Shown here: positions 12,512-25,100 of the stretch, piece after piece | Layout: each line of letters begins with the position of its first letter | How positions within the stretch are numbered: the first letter of the stretch is position 1 | Source: Octopus sinensis | Taxonomy: Eukaryota | Assembly (NCBI RefSeq): GCF_006345805.1 | Contig: NC_043010.1 | Location: 19,964,001 to 20,028,000 of the forward strand | Direction: 5' to 3' | DNA: 64,000 bases | The notes under the pieces: generated by a model | Told to the model about the DNA's origin: nothing | The model's input: the letters and a program-made list of their open reading frames with translations, nothing else | Database searches by the model: none | Program-made: the position numbers and the translations under genes

Positions 12512-14547
12512 CTGTATTTTCCGCACTATAAGGCGCACCGGATTATTAGGCGCACCTTCAATGAATGGCCTATTTTAAAACTTTGTCCATATATAAGGCG
12601 CATAGAATAGACGCTACAGTAGAGGCTGGGGTTACGTTATGCATCCATTAGATGGAGCTGCGCTGAAAGGAATGTCAACAAAACAGTTGGGTAGGTCAGT
12701 CAAACTTTATTAATAGATTACAAACCAGCGTTCTGACAACTCCGTTCACTCCCAAAATGAATAAACTGCTGTTTTATTATTTTCCCCGAGGTAAAGTCAG
12801 TGATGTGGTATTTTGTTTATTTTTTAACAACAGCAAGGTATAACATGTAGTGCAACATTTAGATCACATAGTGGAGGGGAACTTTTCCTCGATTCAATAA
12901 ACACGTAAAAACAGTCTGATACTATTACAGTAAATCAAACGTTAGTGCAATCACAATATAGTAACACTTGAAATAGTGCAAAGCAATAAAAAATATCAAT
13001 AACTTAACGTTGCTCAAACGTTAATGTCACACAACACAACACACAAAATAAACATAAAGCTCAATTTATTAAGTTATTCCTCATTCACGAATCCCTCGAA
13101 TTCTTCTTCTTCAGTGTCCGAATACGGGATCCAACATGCCTGGCTCTGTCTCGTCGAAGTCGTCATTAATCGAGTCAGTGTCACTGATGTTGTCTAGCAG
13201 TTCAGTGACAATTCCTGCCTTCCTGAAAGCTCGGACCACAGTTGAGACTGATATATCAGCCCAGGCATTTACGATCCATTGGCAGATAGTGGCGTATGTC
13301 GTTCGGCGCTGTCTCCCTGTCTTGGTAAAAGTCTGTTCGCCTTCTGTCATCCACTGTTCCTACGCAGTTCGCAGTCTAGCTTTGAATGCCCTGTTGACAC
13401 CAATATCTAGCGGCTGGAGTTCTTTTGTCAATCCACCTGGAATGACAGCGAGTATTGAATTTGTGTGCTTCACATGTTTTTTGACACCATTTGTGATATG
13501 GGAGCGCATGGAGTTGTAGATCAAAAGGGACGGAGCTGTGTGAAAAAAGCCACCCGGTCTCTTCACGTAAATTTCTCTCAACCACTCGCTCATCTTTTCC
13601 TTATCCATCCATCCCTTTGAGTTAGCTTTGATGATGACGCCGGCTGGAAAGTTTTCTTTTGGCAATAACCATGGGTGGAAGTTTCTGGCCATTAGCTTGG
13701 CAAGTGAGAACTACAGTGAAGGATGACTTCTCATTTCCTGTGGTGCGAACATTTACCGTACTTGCTCCCGTTTTTTCCACAGTGCGGTTCACAGGAATAT
13801 CAAAGGTGAGTGGAACCTCGTCCATGTTGATGATGTGCTCTGGCCGGATCTTTTTTTCAGTAATCTTGTTTTTGCAATATGCGCGAAAAGTGACCAGCTT
13901 TACTTGGTAGTCTTTTGGCAGTTGCTGTGAAACAGTAGTTCGTGTGCGAATGGAGAGATTACATCTTTTCATAAACCGAAAGCACCAAGAAGGACCGCCT
14001 TTAAATTCATTAATGTTAAGTTCGCTTGCTAGCGCTGTTGCCTTCATTCGAATAGTGATTGTACTGACACTTCTACCTGCTGCTCTCTGTTCAACAACCC
14101 ACTGTTCGAATTTGTTCTCCAACTGTGGCCATCTCGCTTTGTTCCCTCGGAAACTCTTTTTAGTCTTCTTTACTTGGCTCAGGTCATCTTGTTGCTTCCT
14201 CCACTTCCACACCATTGATTCGTTAATGTTAAATTCTCTCGCTGCTGCTCTATTCCTGTGTTCTACTGCGTGACTGATCGCCTTGAGTTTAAACTCTGCG
14301 CCGTAGGCGTGTCTCTTAATAGGAGCCATTTTGGGGTCTCTATATAAACACACAAATGGAAATGAAACGGCACGCCTCGCGCAGTCATATATCCCAGCAT
14401 GCACCGCACGCTTCTTCTACGAGGGAAAATGAAGTCAGCGGCTGCTTACCGCAGTTTCGAGACCTGTTGTGGCTCAATATTGGTGCACCGTCGGCTTTTG
14501 AGAAAATTGAAGGTTTTTATGTGCGCCTTATAGTGCGGAAAATACGG
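12512..14547 (-). mobile_element. pogo-superfamily (Passer/POGK-like) DNA transposon, 2036 bp
   Basis: 27-bp TIRs C(T/C)GTATTTTCCGCACTATAAGGCGCAC, with TA duplicated at 12510-12511 and 14548-14549. Confidence 0.95.
13074..14329 (-). pseudogene. pogo DDE_1 transposase (Brinker-type DBD, CENP-B HTH, DDE), disrupted by a frameshift and a nonsense codon
   Basis: MAPIKRHAYGAEFKL...GGPSWCFRFMKR...NMDEVP, frameshift near 13660, then GWMDKE...LQPLDIGVN, TAG near 13360, then acidic tail ending EGFVNEE*. Confidence 0.92.
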
Positions 14548-14834
14548 TAAGTTTGCAGAGTTTTGCCTGTTTTTATATTATTGGAGGATGAAGTGGAGAG
14601 AGTGAGTGTGTGTATAATGGGGAATAGAGGGAGGGAGAAGGAGAGTGATAGGGAAATAGAGGGAGGGAGAAGGTGAAATAGAGAGAATATGGGTGTGTGT
14701 GTTTTAAAAATGTGTTTTTGTGTTTTTCTTTTTTTCTTTTTGGGTCCCTTTGTATTTTTTAGATGACCATGTAAGAAATGGAAAGAGAGAAGGAAAAAGG
14801 GGGTTTGTTTTTCAATAGTAGGAGTGTTGCTATG

Positions 14835-15380
14835 TACGCACACACACAAATATCCTTACAAATATATACATACACACACACATATATATGAAGGAACTTA
14901 TTATGTGTGTGTGTTTTCATAAACATTCATACATATATTGTGTGTCCTTGAAAATGAGAAAGAAAGAAAAAAAGGGAAAAAATAAAATATAAAAATAAAA
15001 GAAAATATTGTGTCCCTTTTCCTACTTGGCACTCCCTGTGGGTTTCTAAAAGAACAGGCGGTTTACCATTCAATGTTTGATATACATACATAAACACATA
15101 TCTATATATACACACACACACATACATATACACATATATATATACATACAGACACACATATATATATATATATACACATGCATATATACACATACATACA
15201 TGTACACACATACATGCACATACACATTTACACATACATATATACTCACACATACATGCATACATACATATATATGATCACATATACCAACATGTAAACA
15301 TACAAATATATTTGCACATTTACACATATATATGTCTACATGCATATATAAGAATGTATAAACATATACATACATTGTTA
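14835..15380. repeat. Compound (TA/CA)n microsatellite tract
   Basis: Direct reading. Confidence 0.9.
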
Positions 15381-15560
15381 GAAGTTTAAGGTATTAAATT
15401 GTATAATTGTATATATAAAAAGAAAAGAGAGAATTCTTTCATTTGTATATAAAGATATAGAAAGATTCTTTCTTTTTTTATGTATCACATATTTTAACAG
15501 ATCAGGTTTTTTTTATTATCATCATCGTTTGATTTTTTGCTACTTATTTTTACTTTTTTT

Positions 15561-15992
15561 TTAACCGTTCAATTTTGGGCTAAATTTTTCTATAAAATGC
15601 ATTTCCATAGCTTTACGATATTCTGGGTCATGCCGTGAGCATTTGTAGAATGGAATAATTTTAAATTTTCCATTTCCGCATACATCCAGGTGTTTTCTTA
15701 ATGGTATCTTGCATAACTCTTCCTGCTTTATATGTTGTTTATGTATTCTAGTGCGTTGGCAGAGAGAGTTGTTCGTTTTGCCAATATAATTTTCCTTGCA
15801 GTTTGGGCAGGTAATGCAACATATGAGGTTTTGTGTTTTGCAGGTCATATTTGCATTGATTTTAAAGAGAGGGCCACTTTTGAATTTTAAGTGCGAACCA
15901 AATTCTAAGTATTTGTAATTATTGTCATTGTTGCATATTCTGCATCTTTTGTCTCCACATTCTGTTACTGAGAATTTTGGTCCCTTCTCCAA
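15561..15992 (-). pseudogene. Penelope GIY-YIG endonuclease domain
   Basis: LICCITCPNCKENYIGKT...RTRIHKQHI...HLDVC...EMHFIEKFSPKLNG. Confidence 0.88.
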
Positions 15993-18900
15993 TCTGAATT
16001 CTACCCTTGTGAGGTGCTTTTTAAGGTTTTTCAGTTGGCGTTTGCTGTTAAGTAAAATTTTTTTTTGCTCATCAGGTTCATCATTTTGGGGCTTTGTAGA
16101 AGGATGGGTAAGTTTGATCTTATAGCCTGGAAAATATTTGTTATGCCAGAACTATGTGTGGAGACATGGTATTGTCTGTTTGTTGGTTTTTTTCTTTTGG
16201 TGTTCTTAATTCGGTGGTGTTGAGTTTCAGTGCCTTTTTAAAACTTTCCTTTATCATTCCTGAGGGGTATTTTTGTATTTTGGGGAAGTCCTGGAGTTCG
16301 TCGAGTCTAGTTTTAGATGTTGCAGTGTTTGTTACTATAGTGCATATGTGTCTTGCTATGCAGTAAGGTATATTTCTTTTACTGTGTGATGGGTGGCAAG
16401 AGTCAAAGTTGAGATAGTGATGTGTGTCTTTTTATTTTGTAATAAATGTCTGTAGTTACTCTGCAGTTTTGTATTTTTATGAGAATGTGCAGGAATGGTA
16501 ATTCATTAAAGTTGGATTCTGTAGTAAATTTTATGGATGGGTGCAATTTGTTCAATATCTCTTTAAAGGTCTCTTAGGTCCGTGTCTGAGTTTACCCAAA
16601 AGATGAAGCAATCATCAAGAAATCATTTCCATTGCTTCCTGGTCAAAGGTTTTTTTCTACTTCTTTGTAGAGTTTTTCCCCCGGGAACCCCATGACTAAG
16701 TTAGCTTATGAGGGTGCAAAACGCATACCCATAGCTGTGCCCTTTATTTGTTTATGTTTTGTGATCAAATTTGTGTTTTCCTCTAGTACTATGCATGTGG
16801 CTTTGGTGATGAGATCCTTCTTAAAATGTTCATTTTATCTCTATGTCTTGTCACTCAGTATTCCACCGCTTCCAGACCTAGAGTGTGGGGAATGTTGGTG
16901 TATAGGTTGGTGACATCGAAACTTGTGAGTACGGTACCTTCTGGGACAGTGTCCAGGATATGTTGTAAGAAATCGATGCCATCTCTTACATAGCTTGGTA
17001 GGAGGGGGCATAGAGGCTTAAGTATGATGTCCAAAAAGTGGCTAAGTTGTTAGGTTGGTGCTTGGGGTCCCGCCACCATTGGCTTTGGTTTCAGGTCTGT
17101 AGGTCTTGGTATTTGCATGTATTTGTTTTTTTTTTGTTCGTTAATGGCATTTTGTATTGCCGAGCTTTTTTGGATTTTCGGCAAGCCATAGAAGTTGCTC
17201 TCTTTGGTTTGAGAGTAGCATTTATACTCTTTCTCTTTTTCTGTGAAAGAGTCTCGGTATTCTTCGATCAGTTTTCTGATTTTTGATCTTGTTGTCTTTT
17301 CTGGGTGCCCTGGTTCTTCCTTGTAATACGTTTCATCTGTCAGCTTTTCCAGTATTTTGTCTTTATAGTAGTCCTTATCCATGATTACTATCGCTCCACC
17401 CTTATCTGCTTCTTTTAAGATGATTGATTTATCATTTTTTGGTGTTTGTAGGGATTCTTTTTCTTCTTTAGAAAGGTTTTGTTTGCATTTTTGTGACTTC
17501 AGGGGAAATTTGGTGATTGTCTCAATATGTGTCCAGATATTTGTCACTTCCCTTGTAGGGGGTGAAGTGGGATTTCTTTTTGACTATTGATCCCTCATCA
17601 AAATCCTTACTTCCTAAGACTTCTAGAAGTCGTAGGTGACGGCTGAAGTGTTCCACATCTGATTCCAGTTCGACCAAATTAGGTGTGGGTGCAGGGGTGA
17701 ATTTTAAACCCCTTAGTAGTAGTGTCATTTCATTCTTATTTATATTTCTATTTGATAAATTTATTATTTTGGGGTCTGTGTGTTTGTTTAGAGTCTGTAT
17801 TTTATTGGGTCCGGTGGGTGGTTTTGGAAGTTTTTCCCTAAAAAAGAAAGTGTGTGGTTTTCTCTTTGTCTTCTGAGTTCGGGAATTTGTTTTCCATATG
17901 GTGGAGGAGGTGTTGGTTTGAATCTACTGTATGGGAGTCTTTAGTATTGGGCTCTGTAGCCCTCCCACCTGTCATAAGTTATGGGTCTTTTGGGGTGTTT
18001 AGAATTTCTTGGTTTTCTATGTGGACTGTTGTGGTTTTTGTGTTTTTTGTAGTTGGATATTTCATCATTTCTTCGGTGTACCTGTCCAGTGTTTTTGGTG
18101 TTGTAGGCAGCTGGTTGTCTTTTATGTCCTTTTTGATTACTCCATTCAGTGTAATTGTGGTCATGGGTGGTTGGAAAGTGTGGGTTCCTCATCCTCACTC
18201 GGTGAGATGTTTCTACTTTTCCCGTATATGGAGTTGAGAGATATTCATTTTGGTAGCTTTTTCTGGTTCTGTTTTGTTTGTAGTTTGAGTTTGTATTCCA
18301 TTTTCTTGTATTTTGTTGTTTTTGGTGGTGTTGTCGTGTTTTTGTTGTCATGGTTGATTTGTCTGTACATCACCCCCAATACTTCTTGTGTGAGTGTGTG
18401 TGTGAGGAGCTTACTGTTGTTAGTAGTTATTAATCATGTGCCACCTTTCAGCAGTGTTAAATTTGCTTAGTGTGTTGAGAAACAGCAAAGCGTTGTTGAG
18501 ATGCGGTCACTTGTGTCTCGATGATAGTGATGGTGGTGGCACAAGTGAGTTACATTGACAAAGGACGAGAGATTTGCAGAGACGGTTCAACTGACATCTT
18601 GGTTGGTGAGTTGAGAAACTGTGTAGTATTCTATTGAGGTGACCAGTGTAAGATATTTCATTGCTTCATAATCAATCCTGGACAATAACCCGTTACTGTT
18701 ACTTTTTTTCATCTAAAAACAGTTACCTGGGTTCAGTTTCTAGGCAATGAGTTGGTGTTTCGGACTCTGCCAAATATCCCTGCTACAGGGGAATTTTTTT
18801 TACAGGTATCACAGCAAAGTTTTTTTCTTTCTCTTTATATCATCAGAAAAATGAATATTTTTACATTTCATCTTGCATTCACAGAATAACATTTTCTGTA

Positions 18901-21162
18901 ATTTTTCTTCTCTCATTTATTTATAATTTTTGTTTAGAATATTTTTCCTTTGTTATATTTCCATTATCTGTTATCTTAATCAGTGTCTGGAGATGCTGCT
19001 GATTATTTTATGATCCATGCTTATTTAGAATGCAAAATCCTTTTGTATGTATTCCCGAAGGTGTTATCGAATTCCTTTTAGTAAATTGTCATCCGATGTT
19101 CTGAAGTTGGACAGAATATCATAAAAGAGGAATCTTTCACTTATGTAGTGGAACAAAGAATGAATGTGGGTAGAGTAAGGGATTGCTGTTTCAATTTCAG
19201 CGACTGTGTTGTGCAGCTCTGTAGCAAAACTGACAAATCAAATTGAAACAAATTGTGTAATAATCTAGAAAGAGCTAGTAAGAAAGTAAGGCAAACTCGT
19301 GGTACAGTAGTGACAACTTTCAAGGGGTTTATGTTTATTGGTGCTCTTCTTACAAGTGAATTAGCATGTATAGGAAAGCACTTTGTGATGCAAACTTGGG
19401 ATTAAGGTAGTTGAGAAAGCAAGTAAATGCATTAGATCACAAATTAATTGGGCCTGTCCTTTTGAAAGGACCACTGGTGTACTATTTGATGTCAGTCACA
19501 AGATTAACTGTAAAAACTAGTAATGTTACCAGATAAAATGTGTGTGTGGTGGGGTGTGAACAGGGAATCTTTATGCGGGGGAGGGGGGGTGCATTTACAA
19601 CCTGGCCGAGAGATTTTGAACACCACTGGCATGTAGGATAGAAAGTTTTCTACATCAGTATTCTATGATAAATACAACAGCATTAAAAAAAAGGAAACCC
19701 TTAAACTCTAAATATTGATCCATCCACACAAGGCAGCATCAGAAGATACATGAAGCTGCAATGTATAACAGAAGAGAAATTTATACTTGAAAAGAAATAT
19801 GAGAACTATGCATGTGTGTACGGCTTGGTCAAAGGCTATACAGGATTCTCAGGATGTAATGGTGGGAGGACCTAGTGTATATAGTCATGTAGGGGGCTAC
19901 AGGTAAGATAATACACACCTTTCCTCATGGGCTACAAACTTCATCCTTGCAGTTTTGGCAGATGTCTGTGTGATGAAAATTTTTTACTATATAACTCTTT
20001 TCCTGGCTAAATATAACCTGCATTTTCTGCTGTTATTAAAATAAGGTTTGCACTTCTCCAAAATTTTCCACTTGATGTTGTAATCTGTGGTGCTTTTCTT
20101 GAAAATCCATTCATGTCTAGCCAAGGCTGTGACATTACATTTCTCCTAGATATTGAAGTAGGACTTATGATTGATCTGAAAAGACCTTCTGTTGGGGCTC
20201 TGACATTATCTTTGCTTCATATACAACTGCCTTGGTGTGGGCCTACCTATCAATATCATCTTTACAGTAGGTGCACAGCTAAAAGAAACTCTTAAAGTGG
20301 GTTAGGGTTAACCCTAATTTTTACACACCCTATTCATCCAAGAAAAGTGCTTATTCACTAAGCTAAGGAAGATCTTACCCACAAAAGTTTTTGTTTTAGG
20401 GTATAGTGGGTTACTTTTTATAGTCACCAGTTTTTCTACAACAGTTATAGTAATCGTTATTTGAAGGCTGCTTATTTTACACTCATTTACTAGTGTATAT
20501 TTTGTCTTGGGTGGAAGTTGATATTGATAAAGCCATCCCTTAACTTGTAAAGGATATCAATAATTATTACCTCTCAAGTTAAAATGTACGTTATGTTAGT
20601 GTACGGACACTAATGTACACTTATACGTCTTACGAAAATGTATGTTGATGATCGTGTCCTTATTACATACCGTTATATAAAAAAAAAACTTTACAGATTA
20701 TTAAACAGAATTAAACATGTTAAACAGGTTGGGAAGAATTGCAGAAAGATGAAATATCATTTTATATAGTTTATTTCTATACATTCATACGTATATTATT
20801 TTTCTAGCTAATTCTTAGGCTTAAACAATGAAACACGACAACCAAAATAGGTGTCGGACTTTTAAAGAGTATTTCTCATGGTAACAACCATTCCTCTGGA
20901 TTTGAGTGACGTGGATTCATTTAGACAACCACAGACACTAAAGTTTTCTCCCAAATCTAGGGTTTTTGTAACTGCTCATCTTGACTTTTAAGAATTGAAA
21001 TTGCATAAAAATATTCTTTAATTTTCAGAATTCCTATATGAGCAGTTATTTCATCCAATGGGAAATCTACAATCATATTTCCTCGGTTACACGACATTAC
21101 GTCATATTGCCGGCTGTTATGAATTGGCTTGTAGTGACGTGCGCAACTTCTCCAAAGCTAGT

Positions 21163-21856
21163 TTAAATGTTTAAAGGTGCATGGCTGTATGCACTTGTGT
21201 GCTTTGTCTCCAAATTTGGAGTGGTACCAACACAGTCCGGACTTTGACTGTGAGGAACAACTACGACTACGCGATCTTGAGAAACGCTTGTCATCGCGTC
21301 CATCCTTTTGGTAAGAATTTCAATTTCTTTAGAAAAGCCATCAATTGAGTCTGCAGAAGATACCTCGGAGCAGACGCAAGCAGCATGTGACAATGGCTGC
21401 ACGGAGAATTCAACAATTTTAGCAGCCATGGTGGCTATTTGGTCCACAGTATTTGATTCAAATGTTGTGGCCAAAATTGTTTGTATATTGGAAGGCAACC
21501 TTGAAAAAAATATCTTCCGAAGTAGAGGAGCGTCAGAGGATTTACCGCTTAACTCTCTCAAACGGCCCAAAAATTGTGACGGTGTTCTATCCCCCAACTC
21601 CTCATCTGCCATTAGCTCATTAAATCTACTTTCCTCACTTCTTGTATTTCTACGTAAAATTTCTGCCTTCACAGGCATCTGGACTAGGATCTGTAATGAG
21701 ATCTCTAGCAGTAATTGCAAGTTGCGGAAGCATGCAGCTATAAAGAAGTTGCAATTGTTTCTCAGAAGAAATACTACGAGCTGAAAAATGTGCCTCTAGT
21801 TGCGCAAACCAAAGTGTTGCATCTCCAGTGAAAACAGGTAACGATGCAAAAGACAC
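21163..21856 (-). pseudogene. Gypsy gag (frameshifted)
   Basis: LWFAQLEAHF...LPPQL-type N-terminus and LGDRTPSQFL...FFSRLP in ORFs 21650-21856 and 21163-21720. Confidence 0.85.
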
Positions 21857-21971
21857 TGTGTCGCCAGGCGCTTCTGTCAGCAGCAGCGGATTCCCATGTT
21901 TGGGTGTTGATCTGGCATAGCTTTAGGTCCTTCTTGCAGATATCCTTGAAGCACAGTTTAGGGCATCCCAT
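21850..21971 (-). mobile_element. Short RTE-clade ORF C-terminal fragment fused to the Gypsy gag
   Basis: GCPKLCFKDICKKDLK...TWESAAADRSAWR resembles the RTE C-terminal GRPKLRxKD...DRxxWR motif. Confidence 0.65.
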
Positions 21972-24019
21972 ATTACAACATTATTGTCTTTATATTTCAT
22001 AACACAAACTGCATATGGCGATGTCAAGTTAGATGATCTCTTGGGTTGTTTTTTGAAAGTTTTTCTTTTCACTAGAGGACAATTTAGCAATCCGTTTTCT
22101 CTAACAGTGCCTGTTGCACAATTCCTGCTGATCCGAACTCAACAGGTAGTTTACTCGACAAGCAATAGTAATTTTTCCTGTGTCCCTTTTTTTTGGATGC
22201 TATACATTAATGAATTAAGATGTTGGGGAATCTTTTTCCAGCTGGTCCTTTGAGAAATGATTGTTCTTGCTACCATAAATGTTTTGATTTGTTTTCTGGT
22301 TTTGAACTCTTCTCAATCCATATCTCGTGCATTTTCTCAGCTATATTTCCTGTTACCTTTAACATTTCTTTGAGAATTTTATTATCGAAAGCTTCATAGT
22401 TTGCCTTGAAACAAGATTATTAATGGAAATATCTGTTTTGAATTTCATGTGGTGAGTTCCTTTCCTCCTGGTTCTCCTACAATTTATTCAATCATGCATG
22501 AGTAAGATATGGGTGCAGCTAATTAAGCCCAATTGAATATATTTCAGCATATTTCTCTCATTTGTATGCCTTCCAGATAATTTGTTTACATATGTCCACA
22601 TTTTTTTCTTTTTAATACGCTTCCTTGTCTAACTTTGGTTAAATTCTAATATCCAAGATGCTTGTGGTAAACATTCTGTTGGTAGGTTCAGATAAATTCT
22701 TAATATCAAGATTTAGTTGTCTACCTATTTGTTTTCCTCGTTTAGGATGCTTTTCCATTTCTCATAAAATAGATGTTTGTGGATCTGTATACATTATCAT
22801 CAAAGCAAATTATGTCTCAACTTGGAGACACTGTATGTCCTAATTTTTTTTCTTGAAATTCTTTGTGATGTTTGTTCTACCTTGAGTTGCAGATAGTTCC
22901 TTGTCACTCCTGCTGTCAAAAATGAGCCAGTGCTTAACCTGTTAGATACTTAAAGGCAACAATGCTGAAAGTTGTCTACGTAAAACAGGGAAAAAATTAC
23001 GCCTATACATGGCGCAGCGCATGTGAACATCCGACGTTCTATGAGTCGGGAAAAGAATTAAGCTAATGCAAACGTGTTGCAAAAAACAAGGCAGTACACG
23101 TGCAGAGCAAAGGTGCATGAATGCAATAGGGCTTGCCAGACCGAAAAAACAGCAATGAATATGCCAGTGGTTGAGCGATTATATGCCTAGTTCGTACAGG
23201 AACAAAAGTATGGCATGCTGGCGCGTTATAATGGACAAACAACCCTCTCTATGTATACGTGACCGACCTAGGGTCTACAGAAATGAGGTGTGTCCACAAA
23301 GGCAAATTAGCATGGAAAAACAAGCGAGAAAAGCATGTGTGACGTATGTATGTGAGAGAGATAGCATTTATGTGTGTGTACGTGTGTGCGACAGAAATAC
23401 AAACAAGGTGAATGCGAGCAAAAATAAAAACACAGCGCCTAGGAAAAAAGTCTCTCAGGGCTATTTCAGACAAGATGGAATTAGTTTACCAGTCTGTAAT
23501 AGCCTGATACACAATAGCAGTTCGTTCTGTAACAGAATGTTGAAGATCACAAATGCAGATGCCGATTGAACACAATGTGTAGCGGTTGTAGCTTCGATGC
23601 TGTGACAGGTTAAATCGTTACAGAAGAATCTCGCAGATAGACTGGGCTGTTAATTCCTTGGTGTGCCATGCACAAACAGCAAGTGGGCTAAACTTCCACG
23701 AGTTGCTATTTACATCTTGTTGTGTCGACGGTGTTGAAGGCGACTGTGGTGTGGACTTGAGACAACATTGTTCTTAGTGGTGATGGCGACGAAGATAACG
23801 ACGACGTGAAGTCGAAAGACGACGACTGCAAAGAAAAAGCATCGATGATATGAATGCGTCCGTCATTATTGTTGAAGAATAAGAAAGGCTCCTTCTATAA
23901 CTGTTTGTGGTGGCCGGAAACAAATCGTCGAAAGATGATGACTGCGTAGAGTTAATCGTGTTCCGACTCGCAGAAAACTGGATTTCTTTGTTGTTAAGTG
24001 ATCTCTGGTTTTAGACCAG

Positions 24020-24039
24020 AATCACGTCGGGGGTCACCA
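24020..24039 (-). promoter_or_regulatory. Primer-binding site complementary to the tRNA-Trp 3' end
   Basis: Minus strand TGGTGACCCCCGACGTGATT; the eukaryotic tRNA-Trp 3' end is AATCACGTCGGGGTCACCA (one extra base here). Confidence 0.9.
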
Positions 24040-24040
24040 G

Positions 24041-24627
24041 TGAAACGAAATGTGAATATCTTCTCTGGACCTTTTGGGGGTGCGAGAAGCAATCACTATC
24101 CGTTGCTTTTAAATCCAGATTCTACCAGTCAGAGAAACACAAAACGCGGACGTAAAAAATATATATCTACTTTATTCTCTTATGACAGTAACAGATAATT
24201 GGTATATCTAGGTATCCCTTTGGTATAGATGTGTCAGAGCTGAACGTTATCGCTGTAGAATTTACAATGTTCAAATGCTAACGACACTGGTCAAAGATGG
24301 CGTCCGGAACAGGGAGAAGATGTGGTCTGCAACAATTTGGTTAGTCTTCAGCCAACTGCTATCAAATTCGGACAGCGAGAAAATATACGTCCGTTGCCTT
24401 CGGTCGCTTTGTCTCAAGTCAATGACTGCTGCTGGACGCTAGTGGTCAACGTCCTACGATCCCCCTGCCTCGGCTAACTGCCACGTAGGCAAAAGGGTCC
24501 TTCTTCCGGTGCTTCGCGCATGCGCGAGAGGGCCCTTCCTCTCTCTGCCTTGGTGAAGGCACAAACTCCGCACGCGCGAAACAGGAATGGACGGTGCGCG
24601 CGCGCGCCGCTGTATAGCGTCACTACA
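24041..24627 (-). repeat. 5' LTR (587 bp, TG...CA, internal AATAAA)
   Basis: Terminal dinucleotides, AATAAA near 24171-24176 on the minus strand, directly abutting the PBS. Confidence 0.75.
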
Positions 24628-24649
24628 AGTTCAACTCCAATCGACTGTT

Positions 24650-25100
24650 AATCATCAGGTTGAGGCAGTGGATCAGTAGAGCCTTTTTATAAGTAAATTG
24701 CCAATGTTCCTCTCTAAGGCTAGTATGGAGGCATTTATTTCCTTGGTGGTGTTGCCACATCTGGTCAGGTGTTTGCAGAAGGAGGACGCATTGGTGAGAT
24801 GCTCCTTAATTCAGATGTGGAGTGGTTGTGCTGTGCTACCGATGTAGTGAGCATTTGTAGCATCATTTTTGCTATACTATGCATATATGTTGGCACATGT
24901 TGGTGTCATGAATGGGACAGTCTGTTAGTATGCAGGGATGTTGTACTGCATGGGACCACCTCATTGATGCAGAGGAGAACATATTCCTTCTCTTGTAGAT
25001 AGCAGAATTGGTGAATCTCTATGTTGTGTATAAGTGTAGAGGAGACGTAATTGGTTTTAAACTTGGTTAGGAATTCTGGGGGGAAGATTTAAGGTGGATA
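24650..25100 (-). mobile_element. Degraded Penelope GIY-YIG fragment
   Basis: Manual translation gives AHYIGSTAQPLHI*IKEHLTNASSFCKHLTRC...ILALERNIGNLLIK. Confidence 0.65.

Larger units (their letters stand above)
12380..18480 (-). mobile_element. Penelope-like retroelement (RT + GIY-YIG), 3' terminal region interrupted by a pogo transposon
   Basis: RT motifs LLLRGLKFTP, ADKGGAIVIMD, FYGLPKI and AMGMRFAPSYANLVMG; GIY-YIG ORF 15561-15992; HHR-like motif at 12468-12508. Outer limits are approximate. Confidence 0.85.
21130..24627 (-). mobile_element. Internally deleted Gypsy (CsRn1-like) LTR element: 5' LTR, PBS, long leader, gag, tip of a 3' LTR
   Basis: The LTR starts TGTAGTGACG (24627) and ends ...CA at 24041. 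A PBS follows, then gag at 21163-21856. CGTCACTACA at 21139-21130 follows the gag stop closely. No TSD is evident. Confidence 0.75.

Noticed and set aside
7316-14329. Domesticated host genes GTF2IRD2/ZBED or POGK
   Set aside because: Both ORFs are intronless, disrupted and bounded by TIRs, so they are transposons.
21975-23000. Coding-like insert inside the Gypsy element
   Set aside because: Many stops and no diagnostic motif I can name; left unassigned.
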